Source: Oscillospiraceae bacterium (GTDB lineage Bacteria; Bacillota; Clostridia; Oscillospirales; Ruminococcaceae). Taken from it: DNA of 64,000 nucleotides. The stretch is from NCBI GenBank assembly GCA_017513135.1, contig JAFWDH010000020.1, forward strand, positions 40,965 to 104,964. Reading direction: 5' to 3'. The translations under genes and the position numbers were made by a program. Shown in pieces: positions 18,680 to 30,672 of this stretch. The notes beneath the pieces were generated by a model. The model was not told the origin of the DNA. It worked only from the letters and a program-made list of their open reading frames with translations, and did not search any database. Position 1 is the stretch's first letter; each line of letters starts with the position of its first letter.

Positions 18680-19244
18680 AAAAAAGAAAAACAGAATTTG
18701 GCTGCTTTTCATAAACATAATGATGATGAGCAGCACGGCGAACTCCGGATACGCGATGATAAGTGTAATGGAGAAGGTGTTGGTAAAAAGGCTCGGCCTT
18801 CTGTCCGAAGAGGAGCTCTCAGACTGCACCGCGATGGCGCAGAGCTCACCGGGACCGGTAGCAATCAACTCTTCCTGTCTTGTAGGGTACCGCGTTGCGG
18901 GCTTGCCGGGCGCTCTGGCTGCGATGATCGGATGTGCCTTACCTCCAATCGTGTTCATGATCTTGGTGACGGCGTTTTACCAGTTCATAGTAACGAACAG
19001 CTATGTAGCGCTGTTCATGAGAGGAATGCAGGCTGGTGCGGTTGCGCTGGTGCTGAATTTTGCTATCGGACTGTTCACGGGAATACAGAAGAAAAAGGAT
19101 CTGTTCCTCTGGATACTGGCAGCGATCTCTCTGGTCTACATAGAGTTTACCGGTTTCCCGGTATACTATCTCGCTCTGTTCTGCATAGCTACGGCGGTCG
19201 CGAAAACCTTCCTGCTTAAGAAGAAGGAGGGCGCTGAAAAATGA
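18672..19244 (+). CDS. Chromate-transporter (CHR) family half-protein 1
   Basis: ...AMAQSSPGPVAINSSCLVGYRVAGLPGALAAMIGCALPP... The start overlaps the nudC stop (ATGAGTGA). Confidence 0.75.
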   Translation: MSEKKKNRIWLLFINIMMMSSTANSGYAMISVMEKVLVKRLGLLSEEELSDCTAMAQSSPGPVAINSSCLVGYRVAGLPGALAAMIGCALPPIVFMILVTAFYQFIVTNSYVALFMRGMQAGAVALVLNFAIGLFTGIQKKKDLFLWILAAISLVYIEFTGFPVYYLALFCIATAVAKTFLLKKKEGAEK

Positions 19245-19804
19245 TGCTTCTTAAGATAACCTTCTCGTTTATTAAGATATGTCTGCTGGCTTTCGGAGGT
19301 GCCTATTCTGCTGTGCCTCTCGTAGCGAGAGAGATAGTGGATGTCCAAAAGTGGATGACATACGTCGAATTTGCAGATCTTCTTGCTTTGGATGAACTGA
19401 CTCCCGGCCCGATCATGATCAATTCGGCGACCTTTGTCGGCATGAAGCTGGCGGGGATACCCGGAGCGATAGCAGCCTCACTTGGATGCTGTATTCCTCC
19501 CGCTATAATCTGTTTCGTTCTCGACATGATCTACAGAAAGTACAGGGAGGTTCCTGTTGTTTCGCAGATACTTCAGGCAATGCGCTGCATGTCGCTTGCG
19601 CTGGTGATATCTACGCTGATCAGTCTTTCGGCAAATATAATGTTCCACGGAGCAGGTATTTCATTCGCGAATCTGGATATACTGTCCGTCGTGCTTGCTG
19701 CGGTTGCCTTCGTTCTGATAAGAAAAGAGGTAGCGGACCCGATAGTTGTTCTTTTGGGATGCGGAGCAGTGAGCATATTCAGCTCGATGCTGTTGGGTAT
19801 CTGA
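19241..19804 (+). CDS. Chromate-transporter (CHR) family half-protein 2
   Basis: FGGAYSAVPLVAREIVDVQKWMTYVEFADLLALDELTPGPIMINSATFVGMKLAGIPGA... 4-nt start/stop overlap (ATGA) with half 1. Confidence 0.75.
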   Translation: MMLLKITFSFIKICLLAFGGAYSAVPLVAREIVDVQKWMTYVEFADLLALDELTPGPIMINSATFVGMKLAGIPGAIAASLGCCIPPAIICFVLDMIYRKYREVPVVSQILQAMRCMSLALVISTLISLSANIMFHGAGISFANLDILSVVLAAVAFVLIRKEVADPIVVLLGCGAVSIFSSMLLGI

Positions 19805-19873
19805 TCAGTAGTTACAAAAGAAGAAAGAAGCGAGATCATCTTTAAGATGATCTTGTCATCAGAGGTAAATGTA

Positions 19874-20197
19874 ATGATCACAGTAAATCTGTATTATACC
19901 GGAACAGACGGTAATGCCCGGAAATTTGCTGAGGAGATGGAGTCATCCGGGATCGCAGACTTTATAAGGAAAGAAGAAGGAAACGTCAGTTACCGCTATT
20001 TTCAGCCTCTTGATGATCCTGAAACGATCCTGCTCGTGGATGTCTGGAGAGATCAGGAGGCCATCGATGCCCACCATGCCAGCCCTATGATGGGCCAGTT
20101 GGCTGAGCTTCGTGAAAAGTATGATCTTCATATGAAGGTCGAGAGATATGTGAATGCCGAAGATGATCCGGACAACGATCAGTTCATCAGAAAATGA
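19874..20197 (+). CDS. ABM (antibiotic-biosynthesis-monooxygenase-like) domain protein
   Basis: About 107 aa of ferredoxin-like dimeric alpha-beta barrel type: MITVNLYYTG...ILLVDVWRDQEAIDAHHASPMM. GAGG RBS before ATG 19874. Confidence 0.6.
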   Translation: MITVNLYYTGTDGNARKFAEEMESSGIADFIRKEEGNVSYRYFQPLDDPETILLVDVWRDQEAIDAHHASPMMGQLAELREKYDLHMKVERYVNAEDDPDNDQFIRK

Positions 20198-20208
20198 ACA
20201 GCTGAGAG

Positions 20209-20237
20209 CACAGGCTGTCTTCCGGCCTGTGCCTTAT
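20209..20237 (+). terminator. Hairpin terminator after the ABM gene
   Basis: GCACAGGC-(loop)-GCCTGTGC followed by CTTATT. Confidence 0.55.
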
Positions 20238-20292
20238 TCACGTTGCGGACAAAAGGATGAAAGGATAGTATTTTGCTAAGCGTTTCTGTTAG

Positions 20293-21237
20293 ATGGATAT
20301 AGTGAGATTTGATCCGGACAAGGACCTTACGAGCCTTGAATACTATTTACGGAACAGTTTTCTGGAAGAACGACGAGCGAGATCATGGCTACCGGCAAGA
20401 CTTCATGATGTTATATACAGAGTCGGCGCCCAGGAGATGGATGAGGGGAGAGAAAGGTCAGCTGACTATATGTTTCTCTGGAAGAAAGACGGAGATATCA
20501 CTGCGTGTATCCTTCCGGATGGCGAAAACATATATATCAGCGTCAAGACAGGGTGTGAGGATCTGTTTCCTTCCGTAGTGAAGTTCGGTGAAGAGAATTG
20601 TTTGCCGCTATTCACTCAGACGGGAAAAGGCTCTGTCAAATTCTGGGCCGCTGTAAATGACGGCTTTAGGTATATGCATCAAATACTCTCTGAGTCGGGG
20701 TACGGCAGGTACACTGACGTAGAGACCGCAAGCTGCATGCGTCCGATGAAGACCGATCCCGTGGTAAAAGTACCGGAAGGTTTCAGGCTTATGTACGGAG
20801 AGGAGTATCCGGACGAAGCGAATAAATGGAGTGCGCTCCGTCTGGGATTCCATCCCGAATGGGAATCGGCGGACTACAGAGCCCCGATGGGACCGTATAA
20901 CGCGAGAAAGAAGTCTTCTTTTTACAATGACTGTTTTGAGTGCATCATCTCAGATGCGAACGCCAAAGAGAAAAATGACATATGCGCTTATTGTTTTGTT
21001 TACGTTGATACGGTGACAGGTACTGCCCTGATAGAACCGGTCAGCACTAGAGAACGATATCGTCATAAAGGACTCGGAACGGCAATGCTGAACGCTGCAG
21101 TCATGCGCTGCAGAAAGATCGGCATCGGGAAGTGTTATGTCAATTCTTTCGGCTGGAGAAAGGATTTCTACGGCGCTGCGGGATTCATTCCGGAAGAAAC
21201 TGTATCATTCTGGTATAAAACACTGAACGGCAGGTGA
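20293..21237 (+). CDS. GNAT-family N-acetyltransferase with about 200-aa N-terminal extension
   Basis: C-terminal acetyl-CoA block RYRHKGLGTAMLNAAVMRCRKIGIGKCYV. The N-terminal part has no motif I recognise. Confidence 0.65.
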   Translation: MDIVRFDPDKDLTSLEYYLRNSFLEERRARSWLPARLHDVIYRVGAQEMDEGRERSADYMFLWKKDGDITACILPDGENIYISVKTGCEDLFPSVVKFGEENCLPLFTQTGKGSVKFWAAVNDGFRYMHQILSESGYGRYTDVETASCMRPMKTDPVVKVPEGFRLMYGEEYPDEANKWSALRLGFHPEWESADYRAPMGPYNARKKSSFYNDCFECIISDANAKEKNDICAYCFVYVDTVTGTALIEPVSTRERYRHKGLGTAMLNAAVMRCRKIGIGKCYVNSFGWRKDFYGAAGFIPEETVSFWYKTLNGR

Positions 21238-21283
21238 TGCTTAAGTCAGTGAAGCATTCATGAACTGGTTTTGAGGTGGAATC

Positions 21284-22111
21284 GTGAAACATTTGCGGGA
21301 ATATAAGCATCCGCTGTTGATTCTGTTGCTGTTCGAAACTGTTGCAGTGACACTGTGGCTGGCAAAGGACAATATCTTCTATCTGCTGAATTTCAGTTAT
21401 ATCGGTTTCTCTATTGCTCTTGGGATATTCCTGTTCATAAAGAGATATGAATATGCCCGGCGTATAGTGCAGCTGTTGGTAGGGCTGTATATGCTGGTCT
21501 ATCTTGGACTGATCTGCCGCGAGAATATGCAGATCGAAGGTTTCTGGTATTATCTCTTCTCTGGGGTTTTTGAGGCTGCAACGATACATTATGCCGTTGC
21601 CAAGATCTTCGGCCCTTTGGTGTTCGGAAGGGGATGGTGCGGATATGCCTGCTGGACAGCCATGGTGCTGGATTTTCTCCCATTCAAAGTACCGGAACGG
21701 CCGCGCAGAAGGATAGGATGGATAAGGTATGTCACATTTGTTCTGTCGCTTGTCTTTGTTTCAGGTCTTTTCTTTTCCCGTGCAGAGAATTTGGAAAACA
21801 TCATATTCTGGGCTTTTATAGCAGGTAACATATTCTACTATGCCGTCGGCATCGTCCTGGCGTATCTGTTCAGAGACAACCGTGCATTCTGCAAATACAT
21901 ATGTCCTGTCACTGTTTTTCTTAAGCCTATGAGCTACTACTCGCTTCTGAGAGTAACTTGCGACAGGGAGAAATGCATCTCATGCGGCAAATGCAGGAAG
22001 ATCTGCCCGATGGATGTGGATGTTACGGATAACTCCCGTAGTAGAAAGAACGGTACAGAGTGTATCCTTTGCATGGAATGTGTAAGGAACTGCCCTAAAA
22101 AAGCTCTGTGA
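21284..22111 (+). CDS. Integral-membrane 4Fe-4S ferredoxin-type protein (NapH/polyferredoxin-like)
   Basis: Several TM segments. CGYACW and CKYICP membrane-proximal Cys motifs. Two classic clusters, CISCGKCRKICP and CILCMECVRNCP. GTG start after GAGGTGG. Confidence 0.7.
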   Translation: MKHLREYKHPLLILLLFETVAVTLWLAKDNIFYLLNFSYIGFSIALGIFLFIKRYEYARRIVQLLVGLYMLVYLGLICRENMQIEGFWYYLFSGVFEAATIHYAVAKIFGPLVFGRGWCGYACWTAMVLDFLPFKVPERPRRRIGWIRYVTFVLSLVFVSGLFFSRAENLENIIFWAFIAGNIFYYAVGIVLAYLFRDNRAFCKYICPVTVFLKPMSYYSLLRVTCDREKCISCGKCRKICPMDVDVTDNSRSRKNGTECILCMECVRNCPKKAL

Positions 22112-22195
22112 CTGTCTTCTTCCGGAAAAGCGATCCATTTCTGCGCAGTCTGCCGCTATAAAATGAACCGAGGGTATCGTGTGATGGAGGGACCT

Positions 22196-22717
22196 ATGAT
22201 CGAATTGCTGAAGAAAAGATTCTATGACAATATGCTGCGGCATCCGGATATCATATGGGATATCGTAGAGGATCGTCTGAGGAAGAACAGTCATTGCATC
22301 GAGATCCTTAGGAAAATGGAGGACAGCGGAGGTGAGCCGGATACTATCGGATTCTTCGGCTCAACAGACAGACTCATTTTCTGCGATTGCTCTAAGGAGT
22401 CGCCTTCCGGACGGAGAAGCCTCTGCTATGATGATGAGGCGCTTAAAAAGAGGAAGAACAATCCTCCCTCGGGCAGTGCCGTGAAGATGGCAAGCGAGAT
22501 GGGGGTGGAGCTGATGAACGAAGAAGTGTACAGACGGCTGCAGGCCCTCGGCGAGTTTGATCTGAAGACTTCCAGCTGGATCGAAACACCTGCAGAGATA
22601 CGCTGCAGAGGAGGAGCGCTGTTCTGTGAACGCAGGTACGGAACGGTGTTCACTTTCCATAACGGTGCGGATTCATATTATTCCGTGCGCGGTTGGAGGG
22701 GTTACATTCTGGTGTGA
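22196..22717 (+). CDS. DUF4256 family protein
   Basis: ...MEDSGGEPDTIGF...FCDCSKESPSGRRSLCYDDEAL...TSSWIETPAEIRCRGGALFCERRYG..FTFHNGADSYYSVRGWRG matches the remembered DUF4256 pattern end to end. GGAGG sits 5 nt before ATG 22196. Confidence 0.7.
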   Translation: MIELLKKRFYDNMLRHPDIIWDIVEDRLRKNSHCIEILRKMEDSGGEPDTIGFFGSTDRLIFCDCSKESPSGRRSLCYDDEALKKRKNNPPSGSAVKMASEMGVELMNEEVYRRLQALGEFDLKTSSWIETPAEIRCRGGALFCERRYGTVFTFHNGADSYYSVRGWRGYILV

Positions 22718-22763
22718 TCCTTTATTGCGTGAAAAGATGTCTGGTGAAAGAGGCGGGACTGCT

Positions 22764-23594
22764 ATGAGCGAGATGACACAGAATGAACGGCTGGACTACC
22801 TTGTGAATGAGTTCCTGAAAGAATCCGTTCAGTACCGAAACATAGTGATCCCTGACGATGTTCCGGGCAAAAAGAGGCTGTTGCGTTCCTTGATGAATAT
22901 ACGTATGCCGGGTTTTTTGCCTGAGCAGGTGCTTAAAGTACAGGATGAGTATCTGAAAGAACGCAGTCTCAGGAACGGCATCGTGACCGTGGAAAGCATC
23001 CCGACCATTGCTGAGTCGAACAGCCGTCACTGTTTCGCAGACTGCATATCCGTTTGGAAGGGAGATATAACAAGACTGGCAGCAGACGCAATCGTCAACG
23101 CTGCAAACTCCCAGATGCTGGGGTGCTTTGTACCGATGCATACGTGTATCGACAATTGTATCCATACATTTTCCGGAGTTCAGCTTCGTGAAGAATGCAG
23201 CCGGAAAATGGAAGAACTGCGTAGAAGGTTCGGCCCCGATTATGAACAGCCCACAGCGGTACCTATGCTGACCGAAGGATATAATCTTCCGGCAAAAAAA
23301 GTAATACATGTTGTCGGTCCGATAGTGTCGGGAAGACTTACACGCAAGCACGAGAAAGAGCTGGCTGATTGTTATACAAACACACTTGATATGTGTGTTG
23401 AGAATGGCATTCGCACAGTGGCTTTCTGCTGTATCTCAACAGGAGTATTCTCGTTTCCGAACGAAAGAGCGGCTGAGATTGCAGTTAACACAGTCACGGA
23501 ATGGATGTCTGAGCATCCCGGCACGCTGAACAGAATTATTTTTGATGTGTTCAAGGATGAGGACAGGTTTTTTTATGAATCAAAGCTTCAATGA
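22764..23594 (+). CDS. Macrodomain protein (MacroD-type ADP-ribose-protein hydrolase of the sirtuin-linked class)
   Basis: WKGDITRLAADAIVNAANSQMLGC...VIHVVGP...VAFCCISTGVFSFP are canonical macrodomain blocks preceded by an about 100-aa helical N-domain. Start at 22764 or 22737. Confidence 0.8.
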   Translation: MSEMTQNERLDYLVNEFLKESVQYRNIVIPDDVPGKKRLLRSLMNIRMPGFLPEQVLKVQDEYLKERSLRNGIVTVESIPTIAESNSRHCFADCISVWKGDITRLAADAIVNAANSQMLGCFVPMHTCIDNCIHTFSGVQLREECSRKMEELRRRFGPDYEQPTAVPMLTEGYNLPAKKVIHVVGPIVSGRLTRKHEKELADCYTNTLDMCVENGIRTVAFCCISTGVFSFPNERAAEIAVNTVTEWMSEHPGTLNRIIFDVFKDEDRFFYESKLQ

Positions 23595-24576
23595 GTTGCC
23601 GAATGGGTATCTGGAAACGATAAGCCGCGGGATTGATGCAGTCCGCAGGTTCCATGGCGGCTTTTGCGGAGAGACGTTGACACGTGAGGAAGCTGTCGGC
23701 AAACTCAAAAAAGAGATCGAGACAGCAGATGCCATTCTTATAGGAGCCGGGGCAGGTCTTTCTACAGCAGCCGGCTTCGTTTATACAGGCGACAGATTTA
23801 TGAAATGGTTTCCTGATTTTATCAGGACATATGGGATCAGGGATATGTATGAGGGGGGCTTCTATCCATATCCCTCAAGAGAGATATTCTGGGCATATTG
23901 GGCCAGATATATATACATCAACCGCTATCTGGATCCTCCGAAACCTGTTTACGAGGAATTATTATCGCTTATAAATGGCAGGGATTATTTTGTTATCACT
24001 ACAAATGTAGATCATTGTTTTCAGAAAGCGGGATTCGACAAAAAGAGACTGTTTTACACACAGGGGGACTATGGCCTGTTTCAGAGCACCGACCCCGATG
24101 ACCGTAACACATACGACAACAGAAATTGGATCATGCGGGCTATGGAAGCCCAGGGCTTTGTCAGAAATGAGGAAGGCGTATTTGAAATATCCGAAAAAGG
24201 GGAAATAATGGCAGAGATACCGACGGAACTGATTCCCAGGCATCCCGTTAGCGGAAAGGAACTGACCACCAATCTCAGATCCGACGATCGCTTTGTAGAG
24301 GATGAAGGGTGGTATAAGGCGTCTGCTGCCTACGCCGATTTCATCCGGGAACATAATGGAAAGCATGTGCTTTTCCTGGAGATCGGTGTCGGAAATAATA
24401 CTCCCGTCATAATCAAGTATCCTTTCTGGCAGATGACAGATGAAAATCCCAGAGCCTTCTATGCCTGTCTGAATTACAGCGAGGCATATTGCCCGTCTCA
24501 GATCAAAGACCGTTCCGTCTGTATTGAAGGCGACAGCGGTGAAGTGATAAGAGAGATTTTGAGATATGACGGATGA
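23575..24576 (+). CDS. SIR2-family protein of the macrodomain-linked (SirTM-like) type
   Basis: Rossmann block ILIGAGAGLSTAAGF and VITTNVDHCF. The next block reads FYTQGDYGLFQS (no HG dipeptide). No CxxC pairs for a Zn ribbon. The ATG overlaps the macrodomain gene by 20 nt. Confidence 0.7.
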   Translation: MNQSFNELPNGYLETISRGIDAVRRFHGGFCGETLTREEAVGKLKKEIETADAILIGAGAGLSTAAGFVYTGDRFMKWFPDFIRTYGIRDMYEGGFYPYPSREIFWAYWARYIYINRYLDPPKPVYEELLSLINGRDYFVITTNVDHCFQKAGFDKKRLFYTQGDYGLFQSTDPDDRNTYDNRNWIMRAMEAQGFVRNEEGVFEISEKGEIMAEIPTELIPRHPVSGKELTTNLRSDDRFVEDEGWYKASAAYADFIREHNGKHVLFLEIGVGNNTPVIIKYPFWQMTDENPRAFYACLNYSEAYCPSQIKDRSVCIEGDSGEVIREILRYDG

Positions 24577-24682
24577 TATGATTCAAAGGGAGCGCAGTTT
24601 CTCACGGCCTGACACGGAGATTTGCGACCTTTAACGGATCATATGATGAATAAAACGTTTTGTTCTGTGGCTTATATATAGA

Positions 24683-24717
24683 AAACCTCAGTCTGATTTA
24701 AAGACTGAGGTTTTTTT
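24683..24717 (+). terminator. Rho-independent terminator after the sirtuin gene
   Basis: AACCTCAGTCT-(7 nt)-AGACTGAGGTT followed by TTTTTTT. Confidence 0.85.
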
Positions 24718-24854
24718 GTACTCACTGGCACGGACAATCATACGAAGAATATATGATAGACCTATCAATATATGTATTTTACATTATAATGACTGTCCTG
24801 TAGAATCTTGCTTATGTTTGAAAGAAATAGTTACTAAGAGGAGAGGAGAGAGAA

Positions 24855-26942
24855 ATGGACCGTTTGACTGAATTCTTCGGATGCGATGTATTCGATGACA
24901 GGATGATGAAGAAGTACCTGTCGGCTGACGTGTATAAGTCGATCAGAAAGACCATCGATGAAGGCGAGGAACTCGATCTCCAGGTGGCTAACGTAGTAGC
25001 TGATGCGATGAAGGACTGGGCTGTGTCCAAGGGGGCAACTCACTACACGCACTGGTTCCAGCCGTTGACCGGTGTTACTGCAAAGAAGCATGAGGGATTT
25101 ATAGAAATGGCCCCGGACGGAGGAGTGATCCTTGAGTTCTCCGGAAAAGAACTTGTAAAGGGGGAGCCTGATGCTTCCTCACTTCCTTCGGGCGGACTGA
25201 GGGCTACATTTGAGGCGAGAGGGTATACTGCGTGGGATCCCACGTCATACGCTTTCGTAAAGGATAAGACTTTGCACATCCCTACGGTTTTCTGCGCATA
25301 TACCGGAGAGGCTCTGGACAAAAAGACACCTCTTCTCAGGTCGATGGATGTGCTCAACAGAGAGGCGATGAGAGTTCTCAGACTTCTCGGATCGTGTGAT
25401 GTTAAGCGGGTAACGGCTGTCGCAGGAGCAGAACAGGAATACTTCCTTATACCGGAAGAGCTGTTTGAGAAGAGAGAGGACCTGAAGTATTCCGGAAGGA
25501 CCCTGTTCGGCGCGGCGCCTCCCAAAGGACAGGAGATGGAAGATCACTACTATGCAGAGATCAACCTCGGCATCAAGTCATTTATGGAAGAATTGGATCT
25601 TGCCCTGTGGAGGCTGGGGGTTCCCGCTAAGACTGAACACAACGAGGTGGCACCGTCGCAGCATGAGCTGGCATCAATATACAATACTGTCAACGTTGCC
25701 ACCGACCAGAACCAGATAGTTATGGAAGTGCTGAAAGAGACAGCACAGAAGCACGGATTTGCATGTCTTCTTCATGAGAAACCGTTTGCACGTGTGAACG
25801 GCAGCGGCAAACATGACAACTGGTCTCTGCAGACTGACACCGGTATCAACCTTCTTGCGCCGGGCGATACGCCTTACAGAAATATGCGTTTCCTGCTGTT
25901 CCTCTGCGCGGTGATCAAAGCGGTGGATGAGTATCAGGATCTCCTCAGACTCTCTGTCGCCTCCGCGAATAATGACTGCCGCCTCGGAGGCAATGAGGCT
26001 CCGCCTGCAGTTATATCGATCTATCTGGGTGAGGAGCTCACGGGGATTCTGGATTCGATCGAAGAGGGCGTGCCGTACGAGAGCGCTCACGAGGAATTGA
26101 TGAGGTTCGGTTCAAAGGTGCTGCCCGGGTTCAGAAAGGATCACACAGACAGGAACCGCACATCCCCTGTTGCATTTACCGGAAACAAATTTGAGTTCAG
26201 GATGCCGGGATCCTCAGACAGCATAGCCGCTCCCAACATAGTGCTGAACTGCGCGGTCGCAGATTCATTGAGGATGTTTGCGGACGAACTTGAGAAAGAC
26301 GTAGATGCCGAAGCTGCGGCGCGCAGGCTGATAGCAGAGACATATAAAGCACATAAGAGGATCATCTTCAACGGAAACGGATACGGCAGTGAGTGGATCG
26401 TCGAAGCGGAACGCAGAGGACTCTCCAACCTCCGTTCTACTCCGGAGTGCATCCCGCACCTGCTGGACAAAAAGAATGTGGATCTGCTGAGCAGCCTCGG
26501 TGTTTATTCAGAGACAGAACTGCGTTCCAGATATGAGATACTGCTTGAGAACTACTGTAAAACAGTGAACATCGAAGCAAGGACTATGCTGAAGATGGCA
26601 GCCGGTCAGATCATTCCTGCAGTAGAGAAGTATGCTGCAGACCTCGCTTCGAGAGCAGCAGAAAAGATGAAGATCGACCCTGAGCTGGAATGCAGGTTTG
26701 AAAAGGAGACGGTCAGAAAACTTTCTCTTCTTACAGACAATATATTTGATGACGTAAATGAACTGAGAAGCTGTCTGGACTGCGCAGCTGATGATTGGCT
26801 GGAAAAAGCGGTCAAGATCCGTGACACGGTGATACCTGCCATGGACAGGCTGAGAATCGACTGTGATAGCGCTGAAGTGATCACTTCAGAGGACTACTGG
26901 CCAATGCCCACCTACGGTGAACTTATGTTCGGTACCAAGTAA
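24855..26942 (+). CDS. glnN: Glutamine synthetase type III
   Basis: 695 aa. N-terminus MDRLTEFFGCDVFDDRMMKKYL...ATHYTHWFQPLTG, and NEVAPSQHELA, GSGKHDNWS blocks are typical of GS-III. Confidence 0.9.
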   Translation: MDRLTEFFGCDVFDDRMMKKYLSADVYKSIRKTIDEGEELDLQVANVVADAMKDWAVSKGATHYTHWFQPLTGVTAKKHEGFIEMAPDGGVILEFSGKELVKGEPDASSLPSGGLRATFEARGYTAWDPTSYAFVKDKTLHIPTVFCAYTGEALDKKTPLLRSMDVLNREAMRVLRLLGSCDVKRVTAVAGAEQEYFLIPEELFEKREDLKYSGRTLFGAAPPKGQEMEDHYYAEINLGIKSFMEELDLALWRLGVPAKTEHNEVAPSQHELASIYNTVNVATDQNQIVMEVLKETAQKHGFACLLHEKPFARVNGSGKHDNWSLQTDTGINLLAPGDTPYRNMRFLLFLCAVIKAVDEYQDLLRLSVASANNDCRLGGNEAPPAVISIYLGEELTGILDSIEEGVPYESAHEELMRFGSKVLPGFRKDHTDRNRTSPVAFTGNKFEFRMPGSSDSIAAPNIVLNCAVADSLRMFADELEKDVDAEAAARRLIAETYKAHKRIIFNGNGYGSEWIVEAERRGLSNLRSTPECIPHLLDKKNVDLLSSLGVYSETELRSRYEILLENYCKTVNIEARTMLKMAAGQIIPAVEKYAADLASRAAEKMKIDPELECRFEKETVRKLSLLTDNIFDDVNELRSCLDCAADDWLEKAVKIRDTVIPAMDRLRIDCDSAEVITSEDYWPMPTYGELMFGTK

Positions 26943-27129
26943 GACCGCAGGGAATAAAGTTGCTGGAAGGTAGTGAAAATGGCAGTCGGAGCAGGTCTCG
27001 CGGTTGACAGACAGTCAGCCTTTTCGGATAACCGGCAAATCAATTGAATTCGGATCTGGGAAGCCCGGCGCTCAAAATGAGCCCGGGCTCCGACTGGTTA
27101 AACATAACGATTGAAAGGACAAGGATCAG

Positions 27130-30595
<3,466 letters not shown>

Positions 30596-30612
30596 TCACC
30601 GTGTGATAACGA

Positions 30613-30640
30613 AAGGAGCACACCTTACGGTGTGCTCCTT
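30613..30640. terminator. 12-bp hairpin between convergent pyrG and carboxylesterase genes
   Basis: AAGGAGCACACC-TTAC-GGTGTGCTCCTT. T-tracts are weak on both sides. Confidence 0.55.
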
Positions 30641-30672
30641 ATTACTGCCTGATGAGGATATTCACTTTCTGA

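Noticed and set aside
24725-24741. Sigma-54-like -24 element CTGGCACGG upstream of glnN.
   Set aside because: The -12 position reads ATCA instead of TTGC. The element lies 125 nt from the ATG, with a sigma-A-type TATAAT closer to the gene. No enhancer-binding protein gene is adjacent. A similar TGGCACGG at 32504 has no downstream gene on its strand. Both are likely chance matches.
26943-27129. Expected a glmS ribozyme in the 187-nt region upstream of glmS, as in many Firmicutes.
   Set aside because: I could not find the conserved core blocks (AGCGCCAGAACU...GGCGCC, GACGAGGA, UUAUCGAAUUUUCGGCGGAUGCC). Only loose resemblances are present (TTTTCGGATAACCGGC, GAATTCGGATCTGGG), plus a generic AGCCCGG/CCGGGCT hairpin. 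A cmsearch with Rfam RF00234 would settle it. Without that I do not call it.
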